In this document: one piece after another, positions 23,604 to 51,060 of the stretch
How the letters are laid out: every line of letters begins with the position of its first letter
Position numbering within the stretch: the first letter of the stretch is position 1
Assembly (NCBI RefSeq): GCF_009914755.1
Contig: NC_060931.1
Direction: 5' to 3' (one strand)
Length of the DNA stretch: 64,000 nucleotides
Source: the human T2T-CHM13v2.0 reference genome, Homo sapiens
Program-made: the position numbers and the translations under genes
The notes under the pieces: generated by a model
The model's database searches: none
The model's input: the letters and a program-made list of their open reading frames with translations, nothing else
Told to the model about the DNA's origin: nothing

Positions 23604-23622
23604 CTGTGTCTCCCTGCACGTA
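23604..23622 (-). promoter_or_regulatory. EPO: Distal 5' hypoxia-response element of EPO (~-9.2 kb): TACGTGCAGGGAGACACAG
   Basis: HIF site TACGTG plus CACAG ancillary element with the same 8-nt spacing as the 3' HRE. The distance fits the reported distal 5' HRE. Confidence 0.85.
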
Positions 23623-23963
23623 TGTGCTCCGGGCCTGAGCCCAGCAGAGGTGGTGGCAGGCAGCCTTTCCCATCTGGTTTGTTTTGGCAGTTCCCTCCTG
23701 CAGCCTATTTGTTTGTTGTTTCTACTCCATGTTTTCTCACTGCTTGCCAGTGGGGCTTCCCTCAGTGGCAGTTCTGCAGAAACAGACCTCCACATTGCCA
23801 CTGAAGGAAGAGTGGGGCCTGGGGCTCACTCTTTTGTGTGTGGGGGGGCGTGAACCAGGCTCCTGCATCTACTAGAGTCCATGCAGGGCAGGTGGGGCAG
23901 GGAACCCTGCCTGCAGGCCCGACCGTAGGGAGGCTAGCTCCAGCCTCTGTTCTCCTCCCTCTA

Positions 23964-29900
<5,937 letters not shown>

Positions 29901-30207
29901 CCAAAATCCTCTGTCTTGTACCCATTTTTGTGTTCATCATTGGCAACCCCACTAGAACATCAGCTCCACCAGGGCAGGCATTCCTGGCTGTATCATTCAC
30001 TGCTCTATCCCCAGGTCCTTGGCCAGGGGTAGGTAGGAAATCCATAAATATCTTTTGAATGAATGAGTGAATGTTTCCCACTCTTTCCAAACAAAATCCA
30101 AATTCTTCAGAGAGGCATTCAAGGCCATAGACAGCCTGACTCCTCCCTAAGCAGCACCCTGGCCTCATCTTCCACCTCTCTCTTCTCCATCTTCCCTTCT
30201 GCTCACC

Positions 30208-31108
30208 TGTAGGGAGACCCCCTGAAACTACTGCTACGGAATAAAAGATGAAATGCTCCTGATTATTGTAAATACAAAATTGCATGCAGGATTGTGTACA
30301 AACAATGCCAGGTTGGACTGCCAGAATGAGCCAACAGCCTGTGATGTGCTTCCGCCTGCGGAGAGCCTATGAACGGACCTGCAGTCAGGGAGGTTTCACA
30401 TCACCAAGATTTCTATCCCAGAAAAGCAGATGTTCATAGCTCTGGGAATGGAATGCGACCCTTGTGGAGAGCCTATAAACGGACGCATGGGGGCGGGGGG
30501 CACCTGTCCATATGGATAAGATAGGGCTATAAACGCCCTCATCTTGCCATGGCTCTTCTAGGCCTCTTTAGGGTTAAGGCATACTCCCTTCTGAGAATTT
30601 CTGGTCTAACTGGTTGTCTAGCTTCATGTCCTGTTTCCATGGATTGTCTGTAACCAGCTTTTGTTGCAATTGTTACTGCTGATTAGTATCTTGCTAATCA
30701 TAGGTTATGGAAAGATTGTGTTTCTGTTTTAAGGCTCTGTTAGAAATTACTGATGCACACACTATATTGTAAATTCTTATCTCTGTATACTGTACTTCTG
30801 CATACAAATGTACTGTACTTCTACATATAAATGTTATGTTAAAGAATTAATTCATCCCCATGTGACCATCTCACCTCATAATCAAATGACCCTAAATCCC
30901 TCACTAACCTACCCCCGCCCTCACTAAACTTAATAATAAATGATGGTACATCTGGTGCATTGTTGACACCACGGGACCAGAAGGCGGTGACCCCCCGGAC
31001 CAGCTTTCACTATCTTGTGTGTGTCTATTATTTCTCAACCTGCTGATCCGCCTGGGAACAAAGAGAGAGCCCTGTTGCATTGCGGGCTGCTGGCCAGATC
31101 CCGCAATA
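30208..31108 (+). mobile_element. Solo ERVK-class LTR, MER11D-like (901 bp), with 6-bp TSD CTCACC
   Basis: Begins TGTAGGGAGACCCCCTGAAAC and ends GATCCCGCAATA. CTCACC at 30202-30207 and 31109-31114; internal TATA-like CTATAAAC twice; AATAAA at 30935. The family name is recalled from the consensus. Confidence 0.85.
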
Positions 31109-31284
31109 CTCACCTGACTCTCCATTCACTTTGCTGAATCGACAATCCCCCACCCACCTCATACCTCTTCCCATTGATGTCCTACCCCCCTTCAAGGCTG
31201 AGGTCATTGTCACCTCCTCCCTCAAATCTTTCTTGATTTCTCCCGGCTAACTCTTACAGCTCAGATCTACACATTCCAGTCTTT

Positions 31285-32250
31285 TTTTGTTTTTGAGACA
31301 GGCTCTCACTCTGTCGCCCAGGCTGCAGTGCAGTGGCACGATCATGGCTCACTACGGCCTCGAACTCCTGGGCTCAGGTGATCCTCCTGCCTTAGCCTCC
31401 TGCATATTTGGGACTACAGGCGTGAGCCACCACACCTGACTAATTATTTTTTATTTATTTATTTATTTTAGAGACAAGGTCTTGCCATGTTGTCCGGGCT
31501 GGTCTCGAACTCCTGGGCTCAAAGGATCTTCCTGCCTTGGTCTCCCAAAGTGCTGGGATTATAGGTGTCAGCTGCGGCGCCTGGACCTTTCCTGTCTTTT
31601 ATGAAACCTGAATGGGATAGGCTGGTAGTTTCACCACACCCATTTGACAGATGAGGACATTGAGGGCTCAAGGACGAGGCCACTTTCTAAGGTGTGAGAG
31701 ACCAGCTAGTCTTGGTCTCCTGCTCTGGGAATCTCACTCCTCTGGCTCAGGGTTTCCAGAAGCCATAAAACCTTAGCTGTAAATCCCAGCCCCCATCACT
31801 CTTGGTGTTAGCTGTATTTCAGTGTTCTTAAGAACTCAGCAATGCAGCCTAGCTAACCTACACCACAGGTCAAATAAACAGATGTCAAGGTGCATGTGTG
31901 TCCTGCACAATGGACTGTGTGCTCTGTGCACTAAAAGTTAAGTGTCTGGGGTGGGGGCTGGGTGCGGTGGCTCACGCCTGCAATCCCAGCACTTTGAGAG
32001 GCCGAGGAGGGTGGATCACCTGAGGTCAGGAGTTCAAGACCGGTATGGGCAATATGGCAACACCCCATCTCTACTAAAAATACAAAACATAGCCGGGTGT
32101 AAAGGTGTGCCTGTAGTCCCAGCTGCTCCAGAGGCTGAAGCAGGAGAATTGCTTGAACCCAGGAGGCAGAGGTTGTAGTGAACGGGAGATGGCACCACTG
32201 CACTGCCTGGGCAACATAGGGAGGCTACATCTCCAGAAAAAAAAAAAAAA
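31285..32250. mobile_element. AluJ (minus, ~31285-31585), MIR fragment (~31630-31700) and AluS (plus, ~31955-32250) upstream of EPO
   Basis: Consensus matches; MIR core CCCATTTGACAGATGAGGACATTGAGG. Confidence 0.85.
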
Positions 32251-32978
32251 GTTAAGTGTCTGGGTTTGCAGAGTACTAGACGGTGAGGAGTGAGGTGGGG
32301 AGGAAGAACCCCAAATTTCTTGCCCTATTTGCCCCCATCAAATTCCTCAACATGGTCAACATTGTTTCTAGAACATGTCCTGGGATTGTGGGAAGGGAGA
32401 CCACTCATTTGCCCCTCCCTAAAGCTTCTGGGCTTCCAGACCCAGCTACTTTGCGGAACTCAGCAACCCAGGCATCTCTGAGTCTCCGCCCAAGACCGGG
32501 ATGCCCCCCAGGGGAGGTGTCCGGGAGCCCAGCCTTTCCCAGATAGCACGCTCCGCCAGTCCCAAGGGTGCGCAACCGGCTGCACTCCCCTCCCGCGACC
32601 CAGGGCCCGGGAGCAGCCCCCATGACCCACACGCACGTCTGCAGCAGCCCCGCTCACGCCCCGGCGAGCCTCAACCCAGGCGTCCTGCCCCTGCTCTGAC
32701 CCCGGGTGGCCCCTACCCCTGGCGACCCCTCACGCACACAGCCTCTCCCCCACCCCCACCCGCGCACGCACACATGCAGATAACAGCCCCGACCCCCGGC
32801 CAGAGCCGCAGAGTCCCTGGGCCACCCCGGCCGCTCGCTGCGCTGCGCCGCACCGCGCTGTCCTCCCGGAGCCGGACCGGGGCCACCGCGCCCGCTCTGC
32901 TCCGACACCGCGCCCCCTGGACAGCCGCCCTCTCCTCCAGGCCCGTGGGGCTGGCCCTGCACCGCCGAGCTTCCCGGG

Positions 32979-33023
32979 ATGAGGGCCCCCGGTGTGGTCA
33001 CCCGGCGCGCCCCAGGTCGCTGA
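32979..33023 (+). other. EPO: EPO upstream ORF, 14 codons (MRAPGVVTRRAPGR*), ending 22 nt before the main ATG
   Basis: ATG at 32979 and TGA at 33021-33023; this is a known EPO uORF. Confidence 0.9.
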
Positions 33024-33045
33024 GGGACCCCGGCCAGGCGCGGAG

Positions 33046-33058
33046 ATGGGGGTGCACG
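33046..33058 (+). CDS. EPO: EPO exon 1 coding part (MGVH-E, 13 nt)
   Basis: gagATGg followed by donor GTGAGT at 33059. Confidence 0.99.
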
Positions 33059-33622
33059 GTGAGTACTCGCGGGCTGGGCGCTCCCGCCCGCCCGGGTCCC
33101 TGTTTGAGCGGGGATTTAGCGCCCCGGCTATTGGCCAGGAGGTGGCTGGGTTCAAGGACCGGCGACTTGTCAAGGACCCCGGAAGGGGGAGGGGGGTGGG
33201 GCAGCCTCCACGTGCCAGCGGGGACTTGGGGGAGTCCTTGGGGATGGCAAAAACCTGACCTGTGAAGGGGACACAGTTTGGGGGTTGAGGGGAAGAAGGT
33301 TTGGGGGTTCTGCTGTGCCAGTGGAGAGGAAGCTGATAAGCTGATAACCTGGGCGCTGGAGCCACCACTTATCTGCCAGAGGGGAAGCCTCTGTCACACC
33401 AGGATTGAAGTTTGGCCGGAGAAGTGGATGCTGGTAGCTGGGGGTGGGGTGTGCACACGGCAGCAGGATTGAATGAAGGCCAGGGAGGCAGCACCTGAGT
33501 GCTTGCATGGTTGGGGACAGGAAGGACGAGCTGGGGCAGAGACGTGGGGATGAAGGAAGCTGTCCTTCCACAGCCACCCTTCTCCCTCCCCGCCTGACTC
33601 TCAGCCTGGCTATCTGTTCTAG

Positions 33623-33768
33623 AATGTCCTGCCTGGCTGTGGCTTCTCCTGTCCCTGCTGTCGCTCCCTCTGGGCCTCCCAGTCCTGGGCGCCCCACCAC
33701 GCCTCATCTGTGACAGCCGAGTCCTGGAGAGGTACCTCTTGGAGGCCAAGGAGGCCGAGAATATCACG
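33623..33768 (+). CDS. EPO: EPO exon 2 (146 nt): signal peptide and mature N-terminus APPRLICDSRVLERYLLEAKEAENIT
   Basis: Translation identical to erythropoietin; AG/GT boundaries. Confidence 0.99.
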
Positions 33769-34026
33769 GTGAGACCCCTTCCCCAGCACATTCCACAGAA
33801 CTCACGCTCAGGGCTTCAGGGAACTCCTCCCAGATCCAGGAACCTGGCACTTGGTTTGGGGTGGAGTTGGGAAGCTAGACACTGCCCCCCTACATAAGAA
33901 TAAGTCTGGTGGCCCCAAACCATACCTGGAAACTAGGCAAGGAGCAAAGCCAGCAGATCCTACGGCCTGTGGGCCAGGGCCAGAGCCTTCAGGGACCCTT
34001 GACTCCCCGGGCTGTGTGCATTTCAG

Positions 34027-34113
34027 ACGGGCTGTGCTGAACACTGCAGCTTGAATGAGAATATCACTGTCCCAGACACCAAAGTTAATTTCTATGCCTG
34101 GAAGAGGATGGAG
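34027..34113 (+). CDS. EPO: EPO exon 3 (87 nt): TGCAEHCSLNENITVPDTKVNFYAWKRME
   Basis: Translation and AG/GT boundaries. Confidence 0.99.
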
Positions 34114-34231
34114 GTGAGTTCCTTTTTTTTTTTTTTTCCTTTCTTTTGGAGAATCTCATTTGCGAGCCTGATTTTGGATGAAAGGGAGAATGATCGAGGG
34201 AAAGGTAAAATGGAGCAGCAGAGATGAGGCT

Positions 34232-34616
<385 letters not shown>

Positions 34617-34728
34617 ACAAGTCTTATTGCATACCTTCTGTTTGCTCAGCTTGGTGCTTGGGGCTGCTGAGGGGCAGGAGGGAGAGGGTGACATGGGTCA
34701 GCTGACTCCCAGAGTCCACTCCCTGTAG

Positions 34729-34908
34729 GTCGGGCAGCAGGCCGTAGAAGTCTGGCAGGGCCTGGCCCTGCTGTCGGAAGCTGTCCTGCGGGGCCAGGCC
34801 CTGTTGGTCAACTCTTCCCAGCCGTGGGAGCCCCTGCAGCTGCATGTGGATAAAGCCGTCAGTGGCCTTCGCAGCCTCACCACTCTGCTTCGGGCTCTGG
34901 GAGCCCAG
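34729..34908 (+). CDS. EPO: EPO exon 4 (180 nt): VGQQAVEVWQGLALL...LLRALGAQ
   Basis: Translation and AG/GT boundaries. Confidence 0.99.
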
Positions 34909-35042
34909 GTGAGTAGGAGCGGACACTTCTGCTTGCCCTTTCTGTAAGAAGGGGAGAAGGGTCTTGCTAAGGAGTACAGGAACTGTCCGTATTCCTTCCC
35001 TTTCTGTGGCACTGCAGCGACCTCCTGTTTTCTCCTTGGCAG

Positions 35043-35198
35043 AAGGAAGCCATCTCCCCTCCAGATGCGGCCTCAGCTGCTCCACTCCGAACAATCACTG
35101 CTGACACTTTCCGCAAACTCTTCCGAGTCTACTCCAATTTCCTCCGGGGAAAGCTGAAGCTGTACACAGGGGAGGCCTGCAGGACAGGGGACAGATGA
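35043..35198 (+). CDS. EPO: EPO exon 5 coding part (156 nt): KEAISPPDAAS...GEACRTGDR*; total CDS 582 nt = 193 aa
   Basis: Translation; TGA at 35196-35198. Confidence 0.99.
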   Translation, partial: KEAISPPDAASAAPLRTITADTFRKLFRVYSNFLRGKLKLYTGEACRTGDR

Positions 35199-35747
35199 CC
35201 AGGTGTGTCCACCTGGGCATATCCACCACCTCCCTCACCAACATTGCTTGTGCCACACCCTCCCCCGCCACTCCTGAACCCCGTCGAGGGGCTCTCAGCT
35301 CAGCGCCAGCCTGTCCCATGGACACTCCAGTGCCAGCAATGACATCTCAGGGGCCAGAGGAACTGTCCAGAGAGCAACTCTGAGATCTAAGGATGTCACA
35401 GGGCCAACTTGAGGGCCCAGAGCAGGAAGCATTCAGAGAGCAGCTTTAAACTCAGGGACAGAGCCATGCTGGGAAGACGCCTGAGCTCACTCGGCACCCT
35501 GCAAAATTTGATGCCAGGACACGCTTTGGAGGCGATTTACCTGTTTTCGCACCTACCATCAGGGACAGGATGACCTGGATAACTTAGGTGGCAAGCTGTG
35601 ACTTCTCCAGGTCTCACGGGCATGGGCACTCCCTTGGTGGCAAGAGCCCCCTTGACACCGGGGTGGTGGGAACCATGAAGACAGGATGGGGGCTGGCCTC
35701 TGGCTCTCATGGGGTCCAAGTTTTGTGTATTCTTCAACCTCATTGAC

Positions 35748-35753
35748 AAGAAC
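35748..35753 (+). terminator. EPO: Non-canonical EPO poly(A) signal region (AAGAAC), mRNA end near 35763
   Basis: I see no AATAAA in the 3'UTR. AAGAAC is followed by T/GT-rich sequence, matching the classical EPO cDNA end as I recall it. Confidence 0.6.
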
Positions 35754-35883
35754 TGAAACCACCAATATGACTCTTGGCTTTTCTGTTTTCTGGGAACCTC
35801 CAAATCCCCTGGCTCTGTCCCACTCCTGGCAGCAGTGCAGCAGGTCCAGGTCCGGGAAACGAGGGGTGGAGGGGGCTGGGCCC

Positions 35884-35922
35884 TACGTGCTGTCTCACAC
35901 AGCCTGTCTGACCTCTCGACCC
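35884..35922 (+). promoter_or_regulatory. EPO: EPO 3' hypoxia enhancer: HIF site TACGTGCT (35884-35891), CACAG (35898-35902), DR2 nuclear-receptor/HNF4 site TGACCT-CT-CGACCC (35909-35922)
   Basis: Exact match to the canonical tripartite enhancer. Confidence 0.98.
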
Positions 35923-36379
35923 TACCGGGCCTGAGGCCACAAGCTCTGCCTACGCTGGTCAATAAGGTGGCTCCATTCAAGGCCTCACCGCAGTAAGGCA
36001 GCTGCCAACCCTGCCCAGGGCAAGGCTGCAGTGCGCTGAGATTGTCATCAAGGAGAGGGAGGCCAGAGGACGGGTCCTTTTGGGAGTTTTGGGGGCTGGT
36101 AACAGCTGCCAACCCTGGTCACTGGCCCTTGTTAATTTCTGCCTCTTCTTTGGTCTCTTCGGCTGATGCCACACTCCCAGCATCAGCCTTCCGCCTCAAT
36201 GCACATCCTCGCTAAGTCCAGCTGCCTCCTTTACTCACCTGGGGACTGTCACCATGAATACTCGCCTCTGAAATTCACAAAAGGGGCGGTACACACAGGT
36301 GCGGTTGGAGCCACCTCTATAAACAGCATCTGCTCGGGGACAAGGGCCACTCTAGGTGGTCCATTTATATATTTGTGAT

Positions 36380-45540
<9,161 letters not shown>

Positions 45541-45569
45541 GTTTGCAGTCCTTCCTTCACCTAACTCTC

Positions 45570-46130
45570 CAGTTGCCACTGTTGCCAGTTATAGAATTTT
45601 AGGTTTGAAATGGTTTTCTGTTGGAATTCTGCAGACAATGTTCCACTGGCTCTTAGACTCCATGGTTGCTATTGAAAAGCTGGATGCCATGTTGATTTCT
45701 GATCCTTGGTATATGACTTGTTATTTTCTATCTGAAAGTGTTTCAGATCTTCTCTTCACCCCTGATAGTCTGAAGTCCAGTGCTTCCATGGGTCTCTATG
45801 CTTTCATCACCCTGGACACCTTTTTAATCTAGAGACTTGTATATTTCAGTTCTGGATATTTTCTTGTGCGTTTTTCTTTTTAAAATAATAATTTCTTTTC
45901 CTTTGTTCTCTCTTTTTGAACTCCTTTCGTTTGAGGTTAGACTTCCTGGATTGATCCTCCAAACCTGTTTCCTTTTTGTTTCTTTCTCTTTTTTTTTCTC
46001 TTCTCTCTAGTTTATTTCCCTCGATTTCAATCTACGATGCTTCTACTGGATGGTAACTTTCAACTCTCATAATTTTAATTTCCCAGAGCTTTTCTGTGTT
46101 TCTCTGTTCATTCTTCATGGCATCCTTGGA
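45570..46130 (-). mobile_element. Ancient L1M/HAL1-like fragment immediately upstream of, and overlapping, the ZAN ATG exon
   Basis: Antisense L1-like phrases TTCCACTGGCTC..GTTGCTATTGAAAAGCTGGATGCC..TTCAGTTCTGG..GACTTCCTGGATTGATCCTC; T-rich. Confidence 0.55.
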
Positions 46131-46228
46131 AGGATGCCAAGCTAAGGAGGCCAGGGGGGAATAAAAGGAGTCCAGGCTCCCAACTGTGCCCTTCCCCTCT
46201 CCCCTGGGAGCAACCACTTAGGGTCCTC

Positions 46229-46281
46229 ATGGTTCCTCCAGTCTGGACTCTGCTGCTTCTGGTGGGGGCTGCCCTTTTCAG
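46229..46281 (+). CDS. ZAN: ZAN (zonadhesin) exon 2 coding part: signal peptide MVPPVWTLLLLVGAALF(R)
   Basis: ATG at 46229; donor AG|GTAAGC; probable acceptor tttcccAG at 46086. Confidence 0.96.
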
Positions 46282-46416
46282 GTAAGCTGGGCCCAGGGGG
46301 TAATGATAAACCAGGGTCAGCTGAGGGTGGCTGTAAGGAATATGGAAGGACAGAGCTGGAGGGGGCGAGCAGGCTAACTACAAAAGATCTGGAGAGAGGC
46401 CAGGCACGGTGGCTCA

Positions 46417-46798
<382 letters not shown>

Positions 46799-47083
46799 CT
46801 ACAATGTGAGAAGGGACGGAGGAGGTGCAGAGCTGGAAGACAGATCTAAGCCTAGGAGAGAAGGATTGAGGGGTCAGGCCCTCAGGAAACGGACAAGACC
46901 CAGGGTGGACCCAGCTGATGAGAGAGACTTAAGTACGAGGCAGCAAAGAAATGACGGATGACAGGCCAAGCGCGGCGGCTCACCCCTGTAATCCCAGCAC
47001 TTTGGGAGGCCGAGGCGGGCGGATCACCTGAGGTCAGGTGTTGAGACCAGCCTGACCAACATGGTGAAACCCTGTCTCTACTA

Positions 47084-47242
<159 letters not shown>

Positions 47243-47779
47243 TCAAAAGAAAAAAAAAAAGAAATGATGGATGTCTTGGTGTCCTGCAGTGTGTTTGGGA
47301 GAATTTGAACAAGTAGAACTTCAACAACAACAAAAAACAGAGGGCTGAGCACAGTGGCTCCCACCGGTAATCCCAGCACTTTGGGAGGCCAAAGTGGGAG
47401 GATTGCATAAGGCCAGGAGGTCATGACCAGCCTGTGCAACATAGAAAGACCCCATCTCTATAAAAAATAAAAATAAATTAGCTGGGCGTGGTGGCATGCT
47501 CCTGTAGTCCCAGCTACTGGGGAGGTTGAGGTGGGAGGATTGCTGGAGCCCAGAGGTTTGAGGCTGCAGTGAGCTGTGATTGTATCACTGCACTCTAGCC
47601 TGGGTGCCGGAAAAAAAAAAAAAGAAAAGAAAAAAAGAAAAAAAGTCAAGTCAGACACATTCACTGCATAAACACTGATCATCCTTACGTGACCACTCAG
47701 AAAGCTCACAGTCACTGAATCTTATAATTCTTGATAATGACACGAGTTGCATTTTTGCTTTCTTCAAACGACCCCCAAG

Positions 47780-47832
47780 GAAAGAGAAGCCTCCGGACCA
47801 GAAGCTGGTTGTTCGCAGCTCTAGGGACAACT
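47780..47832 (+). CDS. ZAN: ZAN exon 3 (53 nt): KEKPPDQKLVVRSSRDN
   Basis: Frame continuous; AG acceptor and GTGAGT donor. Confidence 0.93.
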
Positions 47833-48162
47833 GTGAGTTGGAAACCAGGAGTGCTAAGATTTCTCCTCCCTCCTCCGAACCCACATTCTGCCACCAGAAT
47901 GCCAGTTCCTGAGTTCCTAGCAGGAGCAGCCACCTCCAGTCCCCTCCGGGCATCAGCCAGGACTACAAAATGTGTCCTGCCAGGCCAAGTCCAGCCCTCC
48001 AACCTCAGTTCATGACCCCGGACCTTGTCATTCTGTCCACTCTCCCAGCCCCGAATTTCTCCTAAAAGATTCTCTCTTTCAAATCTCTGCTCTGGGCCGG
48101 GTGCTGTGGCTCACACCTGTCATCCCAACACTTAGGGAGGCCAAGGTGGGAGGATGGCTTGA

Positions 48163-48525
<363 letters not shown>

Positions 48526-48542
48526 TGACCCATTCTTCCTAG

Positions 48543-48689
48543 ATGTCCTCACCCAGTGTGATTTTGAGGATGACGCCAAACCCCTCTGTGACTGGTCCCA
48601 AGTGTCCGCAGACGATGAAGACTGGGTTCGAGCCAGTGGGCCCTCTCCCACCGGCTCCACCGGGGCCCCCGGGGGGTACCCTAACGGAG
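48543..48689 (+). CDS. ZAN: ZAN exon 4 (147 nt): MAM1 start VLTQCDFEDDAKPLCDW...GGYPNG
   Basis: CxFE...CxW MAM signature; splice sites. Confidence 0.96.
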
Positions 48690-48868
48690 GTGAGGGGCTA
48701 TGGTTTCCAGGGGACCATGAGCAGGGAGGTGGCTGGGAGGCGGGAGTGGCTAGATGGAGAGAGAAGGGAGGCAGCCAGACCTGGATGCCTGGGCTCTGAG
48801 AAGGGGATGGGTGGGGGCAGCCCTCAGAGGTGGCTGGGCCTCAGTGTCTTGGGCTCTGCCTCCCCCAG

Positions 48869-49140
48869 AGGGCAGCTATCTGCATATGGAATCGAACAGC
48901 TTCCACCGTGGGGGAGTGGCCCGCCTGCTCAGCCCCGACCTATGGGAGCAAGCCCCCCTCTGTGTGCACTTTGCCCACCACATGTTCGGGCTGTCTTGGG
49001 GCGCCCAGCTCAGGCTGCTGCTGCTCTCGGGTGAAGAGGGCCGCCGCCCCGATGTGCTCTGGAAACACTGGAACACCCAGAGACCCTCCTGGATGCTCAC
49101 CACCGTCACTGTGCCCGCAGGGTTCACCCTGCCCACCCGG
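48869..49140 (+). CDS. ZAN: ZAN exon 5 (272 nt): MAM1 GSYLHMESNSF...FTLPTR
   Basis: Translation; AG acceptor and GTAAGG donor. Confidence 0.96.
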
Positions 49141-49321
49141 GTAAGGCCGGGGACAAATTGTGGGACCTCGGGGGGGAGTCTGGGTGTTGGAGAGCCTGAG
49201 GGTGGGGGTGTGGCAAAAAGGGATTGTGGGGGCCAAGCCATCTGAATTCAGGAAGAAAACTAGGAGCCAGGAGGCCTGGCTGAGGGGCTCATGGGGTTGG
49301 GGTCCCCTTATCCTCTTGCAG

Positions 49322-49409
49322 CTGATGTTTGAGGGAACACGGGGTAGCACTGCCTACCTGGACATCGCCCTGGATGCCCTCTCTATCCGCCGGGGCTCCT
49401 GTAATCGCG
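49322..49409 (+). CDS. ZAN: ZAN exon 6 (88 nt): LMFEGTRGSTAYLDIALDALSIRRGSCNR
   Basis: MAM C-terminal IALD motif; splice sites. Confidence 0.96.
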
Positions 49410-49578
49410 GTGAGTCCCTGTCCCTCCTCCCGCCTGCCCTCGGACCCTTTTCTCTCCGTCCTTGCACAACAAGAAGAGGATCCAGGGCGGGCGCGGTGGC
49501 TCATGCCTGTAATCCCAGCACTTTGGGAGGCCGAGGCGGGCGGATCACGAGGTCAAGAGATAGAGACCTTTCTGGTTA

Positions 49579-50895
<1,317 letters not shown>

Positions 50896-50934
50896 GTGGC
50901 TCTTCTTCTTCTTCTTTCTCTTCCTCTTCTTCTT

Positions 50935-51060
50935 CTCCCTCTCCCTCTCCCTCTCCCTCTCCCTCTCCCTCTCCCTCTCCCTCTCCCTCTCCCTCTCCCT
51001 CTCCCTCTCCCTCTCCCTCTCCCTCTCCCTCTCCCTCTCCCTCTCCCTCTCCCTCTCCCT
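50935..51060. repeat. (CTCCCT)21 hexamer repeat inside a ~195-bp pure polypyrimidine tract (50900-51095) at the tail of a minus-strand Alu (~51096-51375)
   Basis: Counted directly. Confidence 0.95.

Larger units (their letters stand above)
32540..33200 (+). promoter_or_regulatory. EPO: EPO TATA-less CpG-island promoter and 5'UTR with GATA site AGATAA (32778-32783) and minus-strand RCGTG motifs (~32630-32639)
   Basis: Recognisable EPO promoter sequence; motifs read directly. Confidence 0.92.

Noticed and set aside
32501-33700. Long ORFs on both strands over the EPO promoter and intron 1 (254, 212, 176 aa)
   Set aside because: CpG-island artefacts with no recognisable protein similarity.
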